Origin: an uncultured Bacteroidales bacterium
GTDB lineage: Bacteria > Bacteroidota > Bacteroidia > Bacteroidales > F082
DNA: 64,000 nucleotides
Assembly (NCBI GenBank): GCA_905236635.1
Contig: CAJOCJ010000005.1
Coordinates: forward strand, 98,045-162,044
Reading direction: 5' to 3'
Shown here: in pieces, positions 9,761 through 18,155 of the stretch
How positions within the stretch are numbered: the first letter of the stretch is position 1
Layout: each line of letters opens with the position of its first letter
Position numbers and translations under genes: made by a program
The notes under the pieces: model-generated
Told to the model about the DNA's origin: nothing
Seen by the model: the letters and a program-made list of their open reading frames with translations, nothing else
Databases searched by the model: none

Positions 9761-9837
9761 CAAACATGATAAAGGTGTAACGGCTTTTATCATATCTTGT
9801 ATTGTAACTAATTGATAAAGAGCAATTTATATTATAT

Positions 9838-10626
9838 ATGAGCGAAGGATTATATTCGATGGAAGTCAAGGATTTCGACAAAACCTTGGATCTTACTAAA
9901 ATCAAACCGTATGGCGATACCATGAATGACGGCAAGACTCAGCTGAGTTTCACCTTGCCGGTGCCATGTGGTGCTGAAGCTGTCGAGGCAGCGAAACAAC
10001 TCCTCAAGACTATGGGATTCGAGAACCCTATCGTGGTGTATTACAAAGAGTTAACCCCTGGATTTACTTTCTTCAACTGCTACGGAAGCTGCACTCACAC
10101 CGTGAACTACAGCACTATATACGTGCCGAAAGTCGAGTCGAACACCATGGACATGTACGAGACCGACCAATATATCAAAGAAAACATCGGCCGTAAGATT
10201 GTGGTTGTCGGCGCTTCAACAGGCACTGACGCTCACACCGTGGGTATCGACGCCATCATGAACATGAAGGGCTACGCCGGTCATTACGGACTTGAGCGTT
10301 ACGAGATGATCGAGGCATACAACCTCGGTTCACAGGTGCCGAATGAGGAGTTTATAGCAAAAGGCGTTGAGCTTCATGCCGACGCGTTGCTGGTCTCGCA
10401 GACAGTTACACAGAAAGACGTCCACATCAAGAATATGACCGAATTCATCGAGCTGATGGAGGCAGAGGGCTTGCGTGATAAGATGATATGCTGCTGCGGT
10501 GGCGCTCGTATCACTCACGAACTCGCCAAAGAGCTCGGCTTCGACGCCGGTTTCGGAATGAACACCTACGCCGATGACGTGGCATCATTCATCGTCCAAG
10601 AGATGGTAAAACGTGGAGTGAAATAA
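9838..10626 (+). CDS. kamE: lysine 5,6-aminomutase beta subunit (B12-binding)
   Basis: The 262-aa product is near-colinear with my memory of Clostridium sticklandii KamE (SxGLYSME..KPYGDTMNDGK.QLSFTLP..., IGRKIVVVGASTGTDAHTVGIDAIMNMKGYAGHYGLERYEM, LLVSQTVTQK). It contains the DxHxxG base-off B12 motif. Confidence 0.9.
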   Translation: MSEGLYSMEVKDFDKTLDLTKIKPYGDTMNDGKTQLSFTLPVPCGAEAVEAAKQLLKTMGFENPIVVYYKELTPGFTFFNCYGSCTHTVNYSTIYVPKVESNTMDMYETDQYIKENIGRKIVVVGASTGTDAHTVGIDAIMNMKGYAGHYGLERYEMIEAYNLGSQVPNEEFIAKGVELHADALLVSQTVTQKDVHIKNMTEFIELMEAEGLRDKMICCCGGARITHELAKELGFDAGFGMNTYADDVASFIVQEMVKRGVK

Positions 10627-10664
10627 AAAGAATAATTCAAAATTAACAATTAAAATATTGCAAT

Positions 10665-11324
10665 ATGGAAAAAAACGAAATTAGAGAAGTTATCGCAAGA
10701 CGTGCTGCAAAAGAGCTGCATGACGGCGATGTTGTGAATTTGGGTATCGGTCTGCCGACAATGATTCCTAACTATCTTCCAGAAGGCGTGTCAGTGACAC
10801 TGCAGACAGAGAACGGCGCTATGGGTATGGGCCCAACACCAGAGGAAGGCAAGGAAGACAAGAACCTCATCAACGCTGGCGGTGGCTACATCACATTGAC
10901 ACCAGGCGCTTGCACATTCGACTCAGCAACATCATTCGCAATCATCCGTGGCGGCCACGTCAACGTGTCGTTCCTCGGTGCATTGCAGGTCGATGAGAAG
11001 GGCAACCTCGCCAACTGGATCATCCCTGGCAAGATGGCTCCTGGCATGGGCGGCGCAATGGACCTCGTAGTCGGTGCAAAACGCGTGATCCTCACCATGG
11101 AACACACACAGAAGGGCGCTCCTAAGATCTTGAAGGAATGCACACTGCCTCTCACAGCAGCAGGTCAGGTCAACATGATCATCACTGAGATGGGTGTGAT
11201 GGAAATCACAAAAGAAGGTATCGTCCTCACCGAAATTCATCCTGAATTCACAGTGGAGCAGGTGCAGGCCGCTACAGAGGCTAAACTCATCATCAGCCCG
11301 AACCTCAAATCGATGCTTGACTAA
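10665..11324 (+). CDS. atoA: 3-oxoacid / acetoacetate:butyrate CoA-transferase subunit B
   Basis: 219 aa with a family I CoA-transferase beta subunit signature, including the catalytic Glu context LQTENG and the GMGGAMDL motif. Confidence 0.88.
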   Translation: MEKNEIREVIARRAAKELHDGDVVNLGIGLPTMIPNYLPEGVSVTLQTENGAMGMGPTPEEGKEDKNLINAGGGYITLTPGACTFDSATSFAIIRGGHVNVSFLGALQVDEKGNLANWIIPGKMAPGMGGAMDLVVGAKRVILTMEHTQKGAPKILKECTLPLTAAGQVNMIITEMGVMEITKEGIVLTEIHPEFTVEQVQAATEAKLIISPNLKSMLD

Positions 11325-11326
11325 TC

Positions 11327-12109
11327 ATGGAATATCAATTCTTAAAAATAGAATTGCAGGACAACGGTATCGGCATCATGACGGTGTCGGCACCGAAGTC
11401 GTTGAACGCCTTGAACTCGACAGTCCTCAAGGAGATCGACCATTTCGTCAGCAACCTTGACACCAAGAAGACACGTGTCCTCATCGTCACTGGCGACGGC
11501 GAGAAGTCGTTCGTGGCTGGCGCTGACATCTCTGAGATGGTCAACCTTTACGAAAAAGAAGGCTACGAGTTCAGCAAGATAGGTGCTATCGCGTTCCGTA
11601 AGCTGGAGACGCTGCCAATCCCGGTCATCGCTGCCGTCAACGGTTTCTGCCTTGGCGGAGGCTGCGAGCTGGCGATGGCATGCGACATCCGCATCTGCTC
11701 GAACAACGCACGTTTCGGTCAGCCTGAGGTGGGACTGGGCATCACACCTGGTTTCAGCGGCACATACCGTCTGGCGAAACTCATCGGACAAGGCTATGCC
11801 AAGGAGATGATTTACACGGGCAAGGCCATCCGCGCTGACGAGGCATTGCGCATCGGATTGGTGAACGCAGTATATGAGCCAGCCGAGTTGATGGACAAGG
11901 CTATGGAGATGGCACAGAAGATGCTCAAAAATGCACCTATCGCCATCGCTCATGCAAAACGTTGCATCAACGAGAGCTACGACCTCTGCGCTGACGACGC
12001 CATCGAGCTTGAGAACGTCGCATTCGGCAAATGCTTCGCCACAGAAGACCAGAAAGAAGGCATGAAAGCATTCTTGGAGAAACGCGAGGCAACTTTTAAA
12101 GGAAAATAA
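11327..12109 (+). CDS. crt: short-chain enoyl-CoA hydratase (crotonase)
   Basis: 260 aa. Crotonase fold motifs FVAGADI and GGGCELAMACDIR, with a butyrate-operon context. Confidence 0.9.
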   Translation: MEYQFLKIELQDNGIGIMTVSAPKSLNALNSTVLKEIDHFVSNLDTKKTRVLIVTGDGEKSFVAGADISEMVNLYEKEGYEFSKIGAIAFRKLETLPIPVIAAVNGFCLGGGCELAMACDIRICSNNARFGQPEVGLGITPGFSGTYRLAKLIGQGYAKEMIYTGKAIRADEALRIGLVNAVYEPAELMDKAMEMAQKMLKNAPIAIAHAKRCINESYDLCADDAIELENVAFGKCFATEDQKEGMKAFLEKREATFKGK

Positions 12110-12132
12110 TTAACAATTAAAATTTAGATAAC

Positions 12133-12969
12133 ATGAAAGTATACGTTATTGGAACAGGTACCATGGCAAAAGGCATCGTGAAGGCTTTCGCAGCCAAGAT
12201 GCCCGTCGTCATGAAGAGCAGAACCCAGGCCAGCATCGACAAGGCAATGGGCTCAATCGCAAAAGGTTATGCAAAACTCGTCGAAAAAGGCAAGATGACC
12301 CAAGAAGCCGTTGATGCTCTGTTGAAGAACATCACCACCACCACCGATTACGCATCATTCAAAGACGCTGACCTCGTCATCGAGGCCGCTGTCGAAGAGA
12401 TGCAGCTGAAGAAAGAAGTCTTCATGGAGCTCGACAAGATCTGCAAGCCAGAAGCTATCTTCGCAACCAACTCATCATCATTGTCAATCACTGAAATCGC
12501 TGCCTGCACAACACGTCCAGCACAGTTCATCGGCATGCACTTCTTCAACCCGGCCGACAGAATGGCATTGGTGGAAGTCATCAAGGGACAGCTCACAAGC
12601 GACGAGGTGACAAAGACCATCGTTGACCTTGCCACATCAATCGGCAAGCAGCCTGTCGAGGTGAAAGAAGCCCCAGGTTTCGTCGTTAACCGCATCCTCA
12701 TCCCTATGATCAACGAGGCAGTCGGTATCTTGGCCGACGGTATCGCATCAGCAGAGGACATCGACAAGTGCATGATGCTTGGCGCCAACCATCCAATGGG
12801 ACCTCTCGCATTGGCAGACCTCATCGGAAACGATGTCAATCTCGCCATCATGGAGGTGCTTTACAACGAATTCGGCGATCCGAAATACCGCCCACATCCA
12901 CTTTTGAGAAAGATGGTGCGCGCTGGTTTGCTCGGACGTAAGACTGGTGAAGGATTTTATAAATATTAA
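12133..12969 (+). CDS. hbd: 3-hydroxybutyryl-CoA dehydrogenase
   Basis: 278 aa with an N-terminal Rossmann motif ([10 protein letters not shown]) and [15 protein letters not shown] and GRKTGEGFY motifs typical of HBD/HADH. Confidence 0.9.
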   Translation: MKVYVIGTGTMAKGIVKAFAAKMPVVMKSRTQASIDKAMGSIAKGYAKLVEKGKMTQEAVDALLKNITTTTDYASFKDADLVIEAAVEEMQLKKEVFMELDKICKPEAIFATNSSSLSITEIAACTTRPAQFIGMHFFNPADRMALVEVIKGQLTSDEVTKTIVDLATSIGKQPVEVKEAPGFVVNRILIPMINEAVGILADGIASAEDIDKCMMLGANHPMGPLALADLIGNDVNLAIMEVLYNEFGDPKYRPHPLLRKMVRAGLLGRKTGEGFYKY

Positions 12970-12980
12970 TTGAAAACATA

Positions 12981-14120
12981 ATGGATTTTAGCTATTCAAA
13001 GACAGAAGAATTGTTCCTGCAGATGATAAGATCATTCGCAGAGAACGAGGTCAAGCCTTTGGCAGCCGAAGTTGACGAACAGGAACGTTTCCCTATGGAG
13101 ACCGTCAAGAAGATGGCGAAATTAGGTTTGATGGGTATCCCGGTACCACGCCAGTATGGCGGCGCCGGTGGAACAGTGCAGATGTACATCATGGCTGTTG
13201 AGGAGCTCTCAAGAGTGTGCGCCACCACAGGCGTCATCCTCTCAGCTCACACATCATTGTGCATGGCACCTATCCTCGAGAACGGAACAGAAGAACAGAA
13301 GATGAAATATTTGCCGAAGCTCGCATCAGGCGAATGGATTGGCGCTTTCGGTCTCACCGAGCCTAACGCCGGCACCGACGCCGCCATGCAGCAGACAATG
13401 GCTGTTGACGCAGGCGACAAATACATCCTCAACGGTTCGAAGATTTTCATCACCAACGCAGCATACGCCGACGTGTTCATCGTCATGGCAATGACCGACA
13501 AGAGCAAAGGCACCAAGGGCATCTCGGCATTCATCGTCGAGAAAGGCTTCAAGGGCTTCAGCATCGGCAAGAAAGAGTTGAAGATGGGTATCCGTGGCTC
13601 AGCGACATGCGAGCTTATCTTCGAAAACTGCGAAGTGCCGAAGGAGAACCTCCTCGGTCAGCTCGGCAAGGGCTTCACTATCGCTATGAAGACCCTCGAC
13701 GGCGGTCGTATCGGTATCGCTTCACAGGCTCTCGGCATCGCTCAAGGTGCAATGGATGAGACGGTGAAATACACCAAAGAACGTAAGCAGTTCGGAAAGT
13801 CTATCGCACAGTTCCAGAACACACAGTTCCAGATGGCCGACCTCAAGACAAAGGTCGAGGCAGCCCGTCTGCTCGTCAGAAGCGCTGCATGGAAGAAAGA
13901 CAAAGGTCTTCCATATTCAGCCGACGCAGCAATGGCGAAACTCTTCGCAGCCGAGACAGCAATGGAAGTGACTACAAAAGCAGTCCAGTTCCACGGCGGC
14001 TACGGCTACACACGTGAATATCCGGTCGAACGCATGATGCGCGACGCCAAGATTACCGAGATCTACGAAGGTACATCAGAGGTTCAGAGAATGGTTATCG
14101 CTGGTCATTTATTTAAATAG
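12981..14120 (+). CDS. bcd: butyryl-CoA dehydrogenase (Etf-dependent acyl-CoA dehydrogenase)
   Basis: 379 aa with ACAD signatures (GLTEPNAGTDA, QFHGGYGY, IYEGTSEVQRMVI). It sits directly upstream of etfBA. Confidence 0.92.
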   Translation: MDFSYSKTEELFLQMIRSFAENEVKPLAAEVDEQERFPMETVKKMAKLGLMGIPVPRQYGGAGGTVQMYIMAVEELSRVCATTGVILSAHTSLCMAPILENGTEEQKMKYLPKLASGEWIGAFGLTEPNAGTDAAMQQTMAVDAGDKYILNGSKIFITNAAYADVFIVMAMTDKSKGTKGISAFIVEKGFKGFSIGKKELKMGIRGSATCELIFENCEVPKENLLGQLGKGFTIAMKTLDGGRIGIASQALGIAQGAMDETVKYTKERKQFGKSIAQFQNTQFQMADLKTKVEAARLLVRSAAWKKDKGLPYSADAAMAKLFAAETAMEVTTKAVQFHGGYGYTREYPVERMMRDAKITEIYEGTSEVQRMVIAGHLFK

Positions 14121-14132
14121 GAGGGAAGGATT

Positions 14133-14915
14133 ATGAATATTATAGTTTGTATTAAGCAAGTACCTGATACAACCGAAATCAAAATCGATCCGGTAAAGAA
14201 CACCCTTATCCGTGAAGGCGTTCCGAGCATCATGAACCCGGACGACAAGGGCGGTCTCGAACTCGCTCTCCGTATGAAAGACAAATACGGCGCTAACGTC
14301 ACAGTTATCACAATGGGACCTCCGCAAGCTGACCTCATCTTGAGAGAAGCTTTCGCTATGGGCGTTGACAGAGCTATCTTGTTGAGCGACAGAAAGTTCG
14401 CTGGCGCAGATACCTTGGCAACATCATACGCATTGGCAGGCGCCATCAAGACTTTGGACTATGACGTGATCATCGCTGGCCGTCAGGCTATCGATGGTGA
14501 CACAGCACAGGTCGGTCCTGAGATGGCTGAACACCTCGGATTACCACAGGTTTCATACGTCATCGACGCTGAACGCGAAAAGAACGGCAACTTCATCGTG
14601 AAGAAAGAGAACGAAGACAGCGTCCAGACTCTCGAAGTCGAAGGAAAATGCGTCCTCACAGTCCTCGCATCGGCATTCGAGGCACGTTACATGACAGTCG
14701 CCGGCATCGTCGACGCTTACGACAAGGAAGTTGAAGTTTGGGGCGCCGACAAACTCGATGTCGACGAGAACAAACTCGGTCTGAAAGGCTCACCGACAAA
14801 GGTGTGGCAGTCATTCCCGAAACAGCTTAAGGCTCCGGGCGAAGTGTTCGAAGTCAGCGAAGAAGAAGCTGTGGAAATCATCGTTAAGAAACTCAAAGAA
14901 AAACATTTAATCTAA
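14133..14915 (+). CDS. etfB: electron transfer flavoprotein beta subunit
   Basis: 260 aa. MNIIVCIKQVPDT start and the EtfB family pattern. Preceded by AGGAGG at 14119-14124. Confidence 0.92.
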   Translation: MNIIVCIKQVPDTTEIKIDPVKNTLIREGVPSIMNPDDKGGLELALRMKDKYGANVTVITMGPPQADLILREAFAMGVDRAILLSDRKFAGADTLATSYALAGAIKTLDYDVIIAGRQAIDGDTAQVGPEMAEHLGLPQVSYVIDAEREKNGNFIVKKENEDSVQTLEVEGKCVLTVLASAFEARYMTVAGIVDAYDKEVEVWGADKLDVDENKLGLKGSPTKVWQSFPKQLKAPGEVFEVSEEEAVEIIVKKLKEKHLI

Positions 14916-14925
14916 AAGTAAAGCC

Positions 14926-15945
14926 ATGGATATTAAAGATTACAAAAACGTTTATGTGTTCGCAGAACAGCGCGGAGGTACGATTCAATCCGTAGCTTAC
15001 GAACTTTTAGGTAAGGCTCGCGACCTCGCTGACGCTCTCGGCGAGAAAGTCGTGGCAATGTTACTCGGTCATAATATCAAAGATCAGGCTCAGAGCCTCA
15101 TCGAGATGGGTGCTGACGAAGTACTCGTCGCCGACTGCCCAGAGCTCAAGGATTACTTGACAGAGCAGTACTCACAGGTTGTATATCAGATGATTACAGC
15201 TGGCTGCCCAAGCATCGTGCTTTACGGCGCTACCACCATCGGCCGTGACCTCGCACCACGTATCGCTTCAAGACTCAAGACCGGTCTGACAGCAGACTGC
15301 ACCAAGCTTGAAATCGGTATCGTCGAGGAGACAGGCGAGAAGCAGTTCCGCTCGACACGTCCTGCTTTCGGCGGCAACCTGATGGCTACCATCCTTTGCC
15401 CTAACACACGTCCTCAGATGTCGACAGTGCGTCCTGGTGTGATGCAGAAACGCGTCCGCGAGGCTGGCAGAAAAGGCACCATCACAATGTTTGCCCCTAA
15501 ATTCGACACAAGTAAGTTCAAAGTCAAAGTCATCGAGACCAAGATGAATTGCAAGTGCGCTGACGACATCGCCGATGCCAAGATTTTGGTGTCAGGTGGC
15601 CGTGGCGTTCATGACAAGGAAGGATTCAACAAACTTCAGGCTTTGGCTGACGTCCTCGGCGGCATGGTGTCATCATCACGTGCCATGGTCGACGCAGGTA
15701 TCATGGATCACTGCTTCCAGGTCGGTCAGACAGGTAAGACGGTGCGTCCGGCCCTTTACATGGCATGCGGTATCTCAGGCGCTATCCAGCACCTCGCAGG
15801 TATGGAAGAGTCAGACTTCATCATCGCCATCAACAAGGACAAATACGCACCTATCTTCTCAGCCGCTGACCTCGGCATCGTCGGTGACCTCCACAAGATC
15901 GTCCCGATGTTGACAGAGAGACTGAAGAAAGAAGTGGAAAAATAA
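14926..15945 (+). CDS. etfA: electron transfer flavoprotein alpha subunit
   Basis: 339 aa. The C-terminal FAD-binding region carries the EtfA signature (LYMACGISGAIQHLAGM...IIAINKD). Confidence 0.92.
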   Translation: MDIKDYKNVYVFAEQRGGTIQSVAYELLGKARDLADALGEKVVAMLLGHNIKDQAQSLIEMGADEVLVADCPELKDYLTEQYSQVVYQMITAGCPSIVLYGATTIGRDLAPRIASRLKTGLTADCTKLEIGIVEETGEKQFRSTRPAFGGNLMATILCPNTRPQMSTVRPGVMQKRVREAGRKGTITMFAPKFDTSKFKVKVIETKMNCKCADDIADAKILVSGGRGVHDKEGFNKLQALADVLGGMVSSSRAMVDAGIMDHCFQVGQTGKTVRPALYMACGISGAIQHLAGMEESDFIIAINKDKYAPIFSAADLGIVGDLHKIVPMLTERLKKEVEK

Positions 15946-16011
15946 TTATAATTTAAAGATTTAAGATTTAAAAATTTAAATATTAGGTTTTTAAAGAGTA
16001 ATTGTTTGTAT

Positions 16012-16050
16012 AATATTCCCGATGGAAGCGATTCTGTCGGGAATATTTTG
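16012..16050 (+). terminator. intrinsic terminator after etfA
   Basis: AATATTCCCGA (16012-16022) pairs with TCGGGAATATT (16037-16047), followed by TTTG. Confidence 0.7.
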
Positions 16051-16099
16051 TTAAAAACAAAAATTTTCACCAAAATCATTGTATTATCAAAAATTTTCG

Positions 16100-16107
16100 T
16101 ATTTTTG
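16100..16107 (+). promoter_or_regulatory. Bacteroidetes -7 box (TAnnTTTG) for the SRP RNA
   Basis: TATTTTTG ends 4 nt before the 5' closing helix of the SRP RNA. Confidence 0.65.
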
Positions 16108-16110
16108 CAG

Positions 16111-16208
16111 CGGGTAAGTCTTATACGACCAGCTCCTGTCAAACTCCCCCAGGGTCGGAAGGCAGCAAGGGTAGATGGTTGAGCGGTGCGATATAAGTAG
16201 CTTACCCT
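16111..16208 (+). ncRNA. ffs: signal recognition particle RNA (small bacterial 4.5S type)
   Basis: The closing helix GGGTAAG (16112-16118) pairs with CTTACCC (16201-16207). The conserved domain IV core is CCAGGGTCGGAAGGCAGCAAGG, with a GGAA tetraloop and an AGCA loop. A T-run follows. Confidence 0.9.
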
Positions 16209-16222
16209 TTTTTGTCTCTGAG

Positions 16223-16690
16223 ATGATAATAAACCCGACATACACAGGCAAGCAGTATTGGCTCACAACAGTCATTTCCGGATTGTTGTTAAGTGTCTTA
16301 TTGTCAATAGCTTATATCGTGTTTTACAAGCATCTGTATGTCACATCATCGTACCTTTTCTCGATAATATATCTCATCCCTTTCGTTTGGCTCAGCATCA
16401 CTCTGGCGTTCTTCAAGAATAAATATGTGTGGAGCGAATTCTCGTATGGCAAAGCATTCCAGATGAGTTTCCTCAGCGGAATAATTGGCTCCATAATTTT
16501 CAGCATCGTGATATTTTTGCTTTTCGACTATCTTGAAATTGGCAGTAGGATGGGGCTTTACGAAAACGGTCGTGTGATGCGTCAGCTGTTCTCGCCTCTG
16601 GCAACAGCCGTTTCGATGTTGATAATAAATGTGATATTGTCGCTGTTTTATTCATTGATAATTGCTATCTTTGCACGTAAAAAGAATTAA
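16223..16690 (+). CDS. DUF4199-like small membrane protein
   Basis: Four predicted TM helices. I moved the start to ATG 16223 because the ORF-track start at 16175 lies inside the SRP RNA. The family name is from memory. Confidence 0.65.
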   Translation: MIINPTYTGKQYWLTTVISGLLLSVLLSIAYIVFYKHLYVTSSYLFSIIYLIPFVWLSITLAFFKNKYVWSEFSYGKAFQMSFLSGIIGSIIFSIVIFLLFDYLEIGSRMGLYENGRVMRQLFSPLATAVSMLIINVILSLFYSLIIAIFARKKN

Positions 16691-16691
16691 A

Positions 16692-17627
16692 ATGGATATC
16701 TCTGTCGTTATACCTTTGCTGAATGAGGAAGAATCGTTGCCCGAACTCGAGGCATGGATTCGCCGCGTCATGAATGAAAACAACTATTCATACGAGATCG
16801 TGTTTGTCGACGACGGCAGCACCGACGGATCATGGCACTGCATCCAGCAGCTCAAGGCAGAGAACCCTAACGTCAAAGGCATACGTTTCAGAAGAAACTA
16901 TGGCAAGTCAGCGGCACTCAACGAAGGATTCAAAGTCGTGCAAGGCGACGTGGTCATCACCATGGATGCCGACCTTCAAGACAGCCCAGATGAGATCCCG
17001 GAGCTTTATAACATGATTGAAAAAGACGGCTACGACCTCGTAAGCGGCTGGAAGAAAAAACGTTACGACTCCACAGTGTCGAAAAACATTCCTTCTAAGT
17101 TCTACAACTGGTCGACACGCCGCATGACGGGTATCAAGCTGCATGACTTCAACTGCGGACTCAAGGCTTACCGCAACGAAGTGGTTAAAAGCATAGAGAT
17201 ATACGGCGAGATGCACCGTTACATCCCGGTCATCGCTAAGGCTGCAGGCTTCACGCACATAGGGGAGAAGGTGGTCCATCATCAGAAACGTAAATTCGGC
17301 ACTTCAAAGTTCGGAATGAGCCGTTTCTTAAGAGGTTACCTCGATCTGCTCACCATCACGTTCATCTCGAAGTTCGGCAAACGCCCTATGCACCTCTTCG
17401 GAGGCCTCGGCAGCCTGACGTTCCTCGCCGGTTTCATCATGAGCGTTATCCTTGTGGTTAAGAAATACGCCTTCCACGCTTATGGCATGACACGCCGTCC
17501 GCTGTTCTATCTGGCATTGCTCTGCATGGTGGTCGGTACACAACTCTTCCTCACGGGATTCTTAGCCGAACTCGTGCAATCAACATCGTCAAAATCAAAA
17601 GTTTACGGTATTTCCGAACGGATTTGA
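16692..17627 (+). CDS. family 2 glycosyltransferase (polyprenol-phosphate sugar transferase-like, C-terminal TM helices)
   Basis: MDISVVIPLLNEEESL start, DDGSTDGS and a DxD motif (MDADLQD), with two C-terminal TM helices. ATG 16692 preferred to 16662. Confidence 0.88.
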   Translation: MDISVVIPLLNEEESLPELEAWIRRVMNENNYSYEIVFVDDGSTDGSWHCIQQLKAENPNVKGIRFRRNYGKSAALNEGFKVVQGDVVITMDADLQDSPDEIPELYNMIEKDGYDLVSGWKKKRYDSTVSKNIPSKFYNWSTRRMTGIKLHDFNCGLKAYRNEVVKSIEIYGEMHRYIPVIAKAAGFTHIGEKVVHHQKRKFGTSKFGMSRFLRGYLDLLTITFISKFGKRPMHLFGGLGSLTFLAGFIMSVILVVKKYAFHAYGMTRRPLFYLALLCMVVGTQLFLTGFLAELVQSTSSKSKVYGISERI

Positions 17628-17636
17628 TGGTTAAAA

Positions 17637-17670
17637 GTTAAAAGAGTAAAGTTAAAAGATCTCTTTTAAC
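17637..17670. terminator. candidate bidirectional AT-rich hairpin between convergent genes
   Basis: GTTAAAAGAG (17637-17646) pairs with CTCTTTTAAC (17661-17670). The stem is weak and AT-rich. Confidence 0.4.
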
Positions 17671-17683
17671 TATTATCTTTTAT

Positions 17684-18094
17684 CTAATATCTGTCATAAG
17701 GGTCGTCGTAAGGCTCGTCAAAGCCTTCTTCATCGAAATATTCATCCTCATCCTCACCGAAGATGTCTTCTTCATCCTCGGCAAACATGTTTTCGCCCTC
17801 TTCCCAGTCGAAGTCTTCCTCAAGCTTGCTCTCGTCAAACTCATCGATGTCGTTCATCTCGTTCATGAAGTCGCGAAGCTCTTCGTCACTCATCTCATCG
17901 AGATTGGCATTCAATAACTTATTGTCGCGTGACGATGCCCTCAACTCTTTCAAAACATCAGGGGCAATATAGAAATCGTCAATGTTTTCCTCACAATATT
18001 TGATGTACTTCGGGTCTTTCTCAAAGACTTCAGCCAGAGTCTGTCCCTCATATTTTCCAAAAGTGAAAATAGAATCTACGTCGTAAAATTTCAT
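17684..18094 (-). CDS. hypothetical protein: small N-terminal domain plus extremely acidic tail
   Basis: 136 aa. The N-terminus reads FTFGKYEGQTLAEVFEKDPKYIKYC. The C-terminal roughly 80 aa are mostly D/E/F residues. Confidence 0.75.
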   Translation of the reverse strand: MKFYDVDSIFTFGKYEGQTLAEVFEKDPKYIKYCEENIDDFYIAPDVLKELRASSRDNKLLNANLDEMSDEELRDFMNEMNDIDEFDESKLEEDFDWEEGENMFAEDEEDIFGEDEDEYFDEEGFDEPYDDPYDRY

Positions 18095-18115
18095 ATCAAA
18101 TAAAATTTTGAATTA

Positions 18116-18123
18116 CAAAAATA
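18116..18123 (-). promoter_or_regulatory. -7 box (TAnnTTTG)
   Basis: The reverse complement is TATTTTTG, 21 nt upstream of ATG 18094. Confidence 0.55.
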
Positions 18124-18155
18124 CAACAAATTATTTTAAAATGTAATTTTTTTCT

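Noticed and set aside
9761-9837. A possible lysine or B12 riboswitch in the kamE leader.
   Set aside because: The leader is only about 70 nt, far shorter than either aptamer. Only a simple 5' hairpin is present.
15756-16241. A 161-aa minus-strand ORF covering the etfA 3' end, the terminator and the SRP RNA.
   Set aside because: It overlaps a confident CDS, a hairpin terminator and a structured RNA gene. Its sequence is low-complexity.
17628-17683. The tandem GTTAAAAG repeats, considered as a possible regulatory direct-repeat array.
   Set aside because: There are only three short A/T-rich copies, and they are better explained as the arms of a hairpin between convergent genes.
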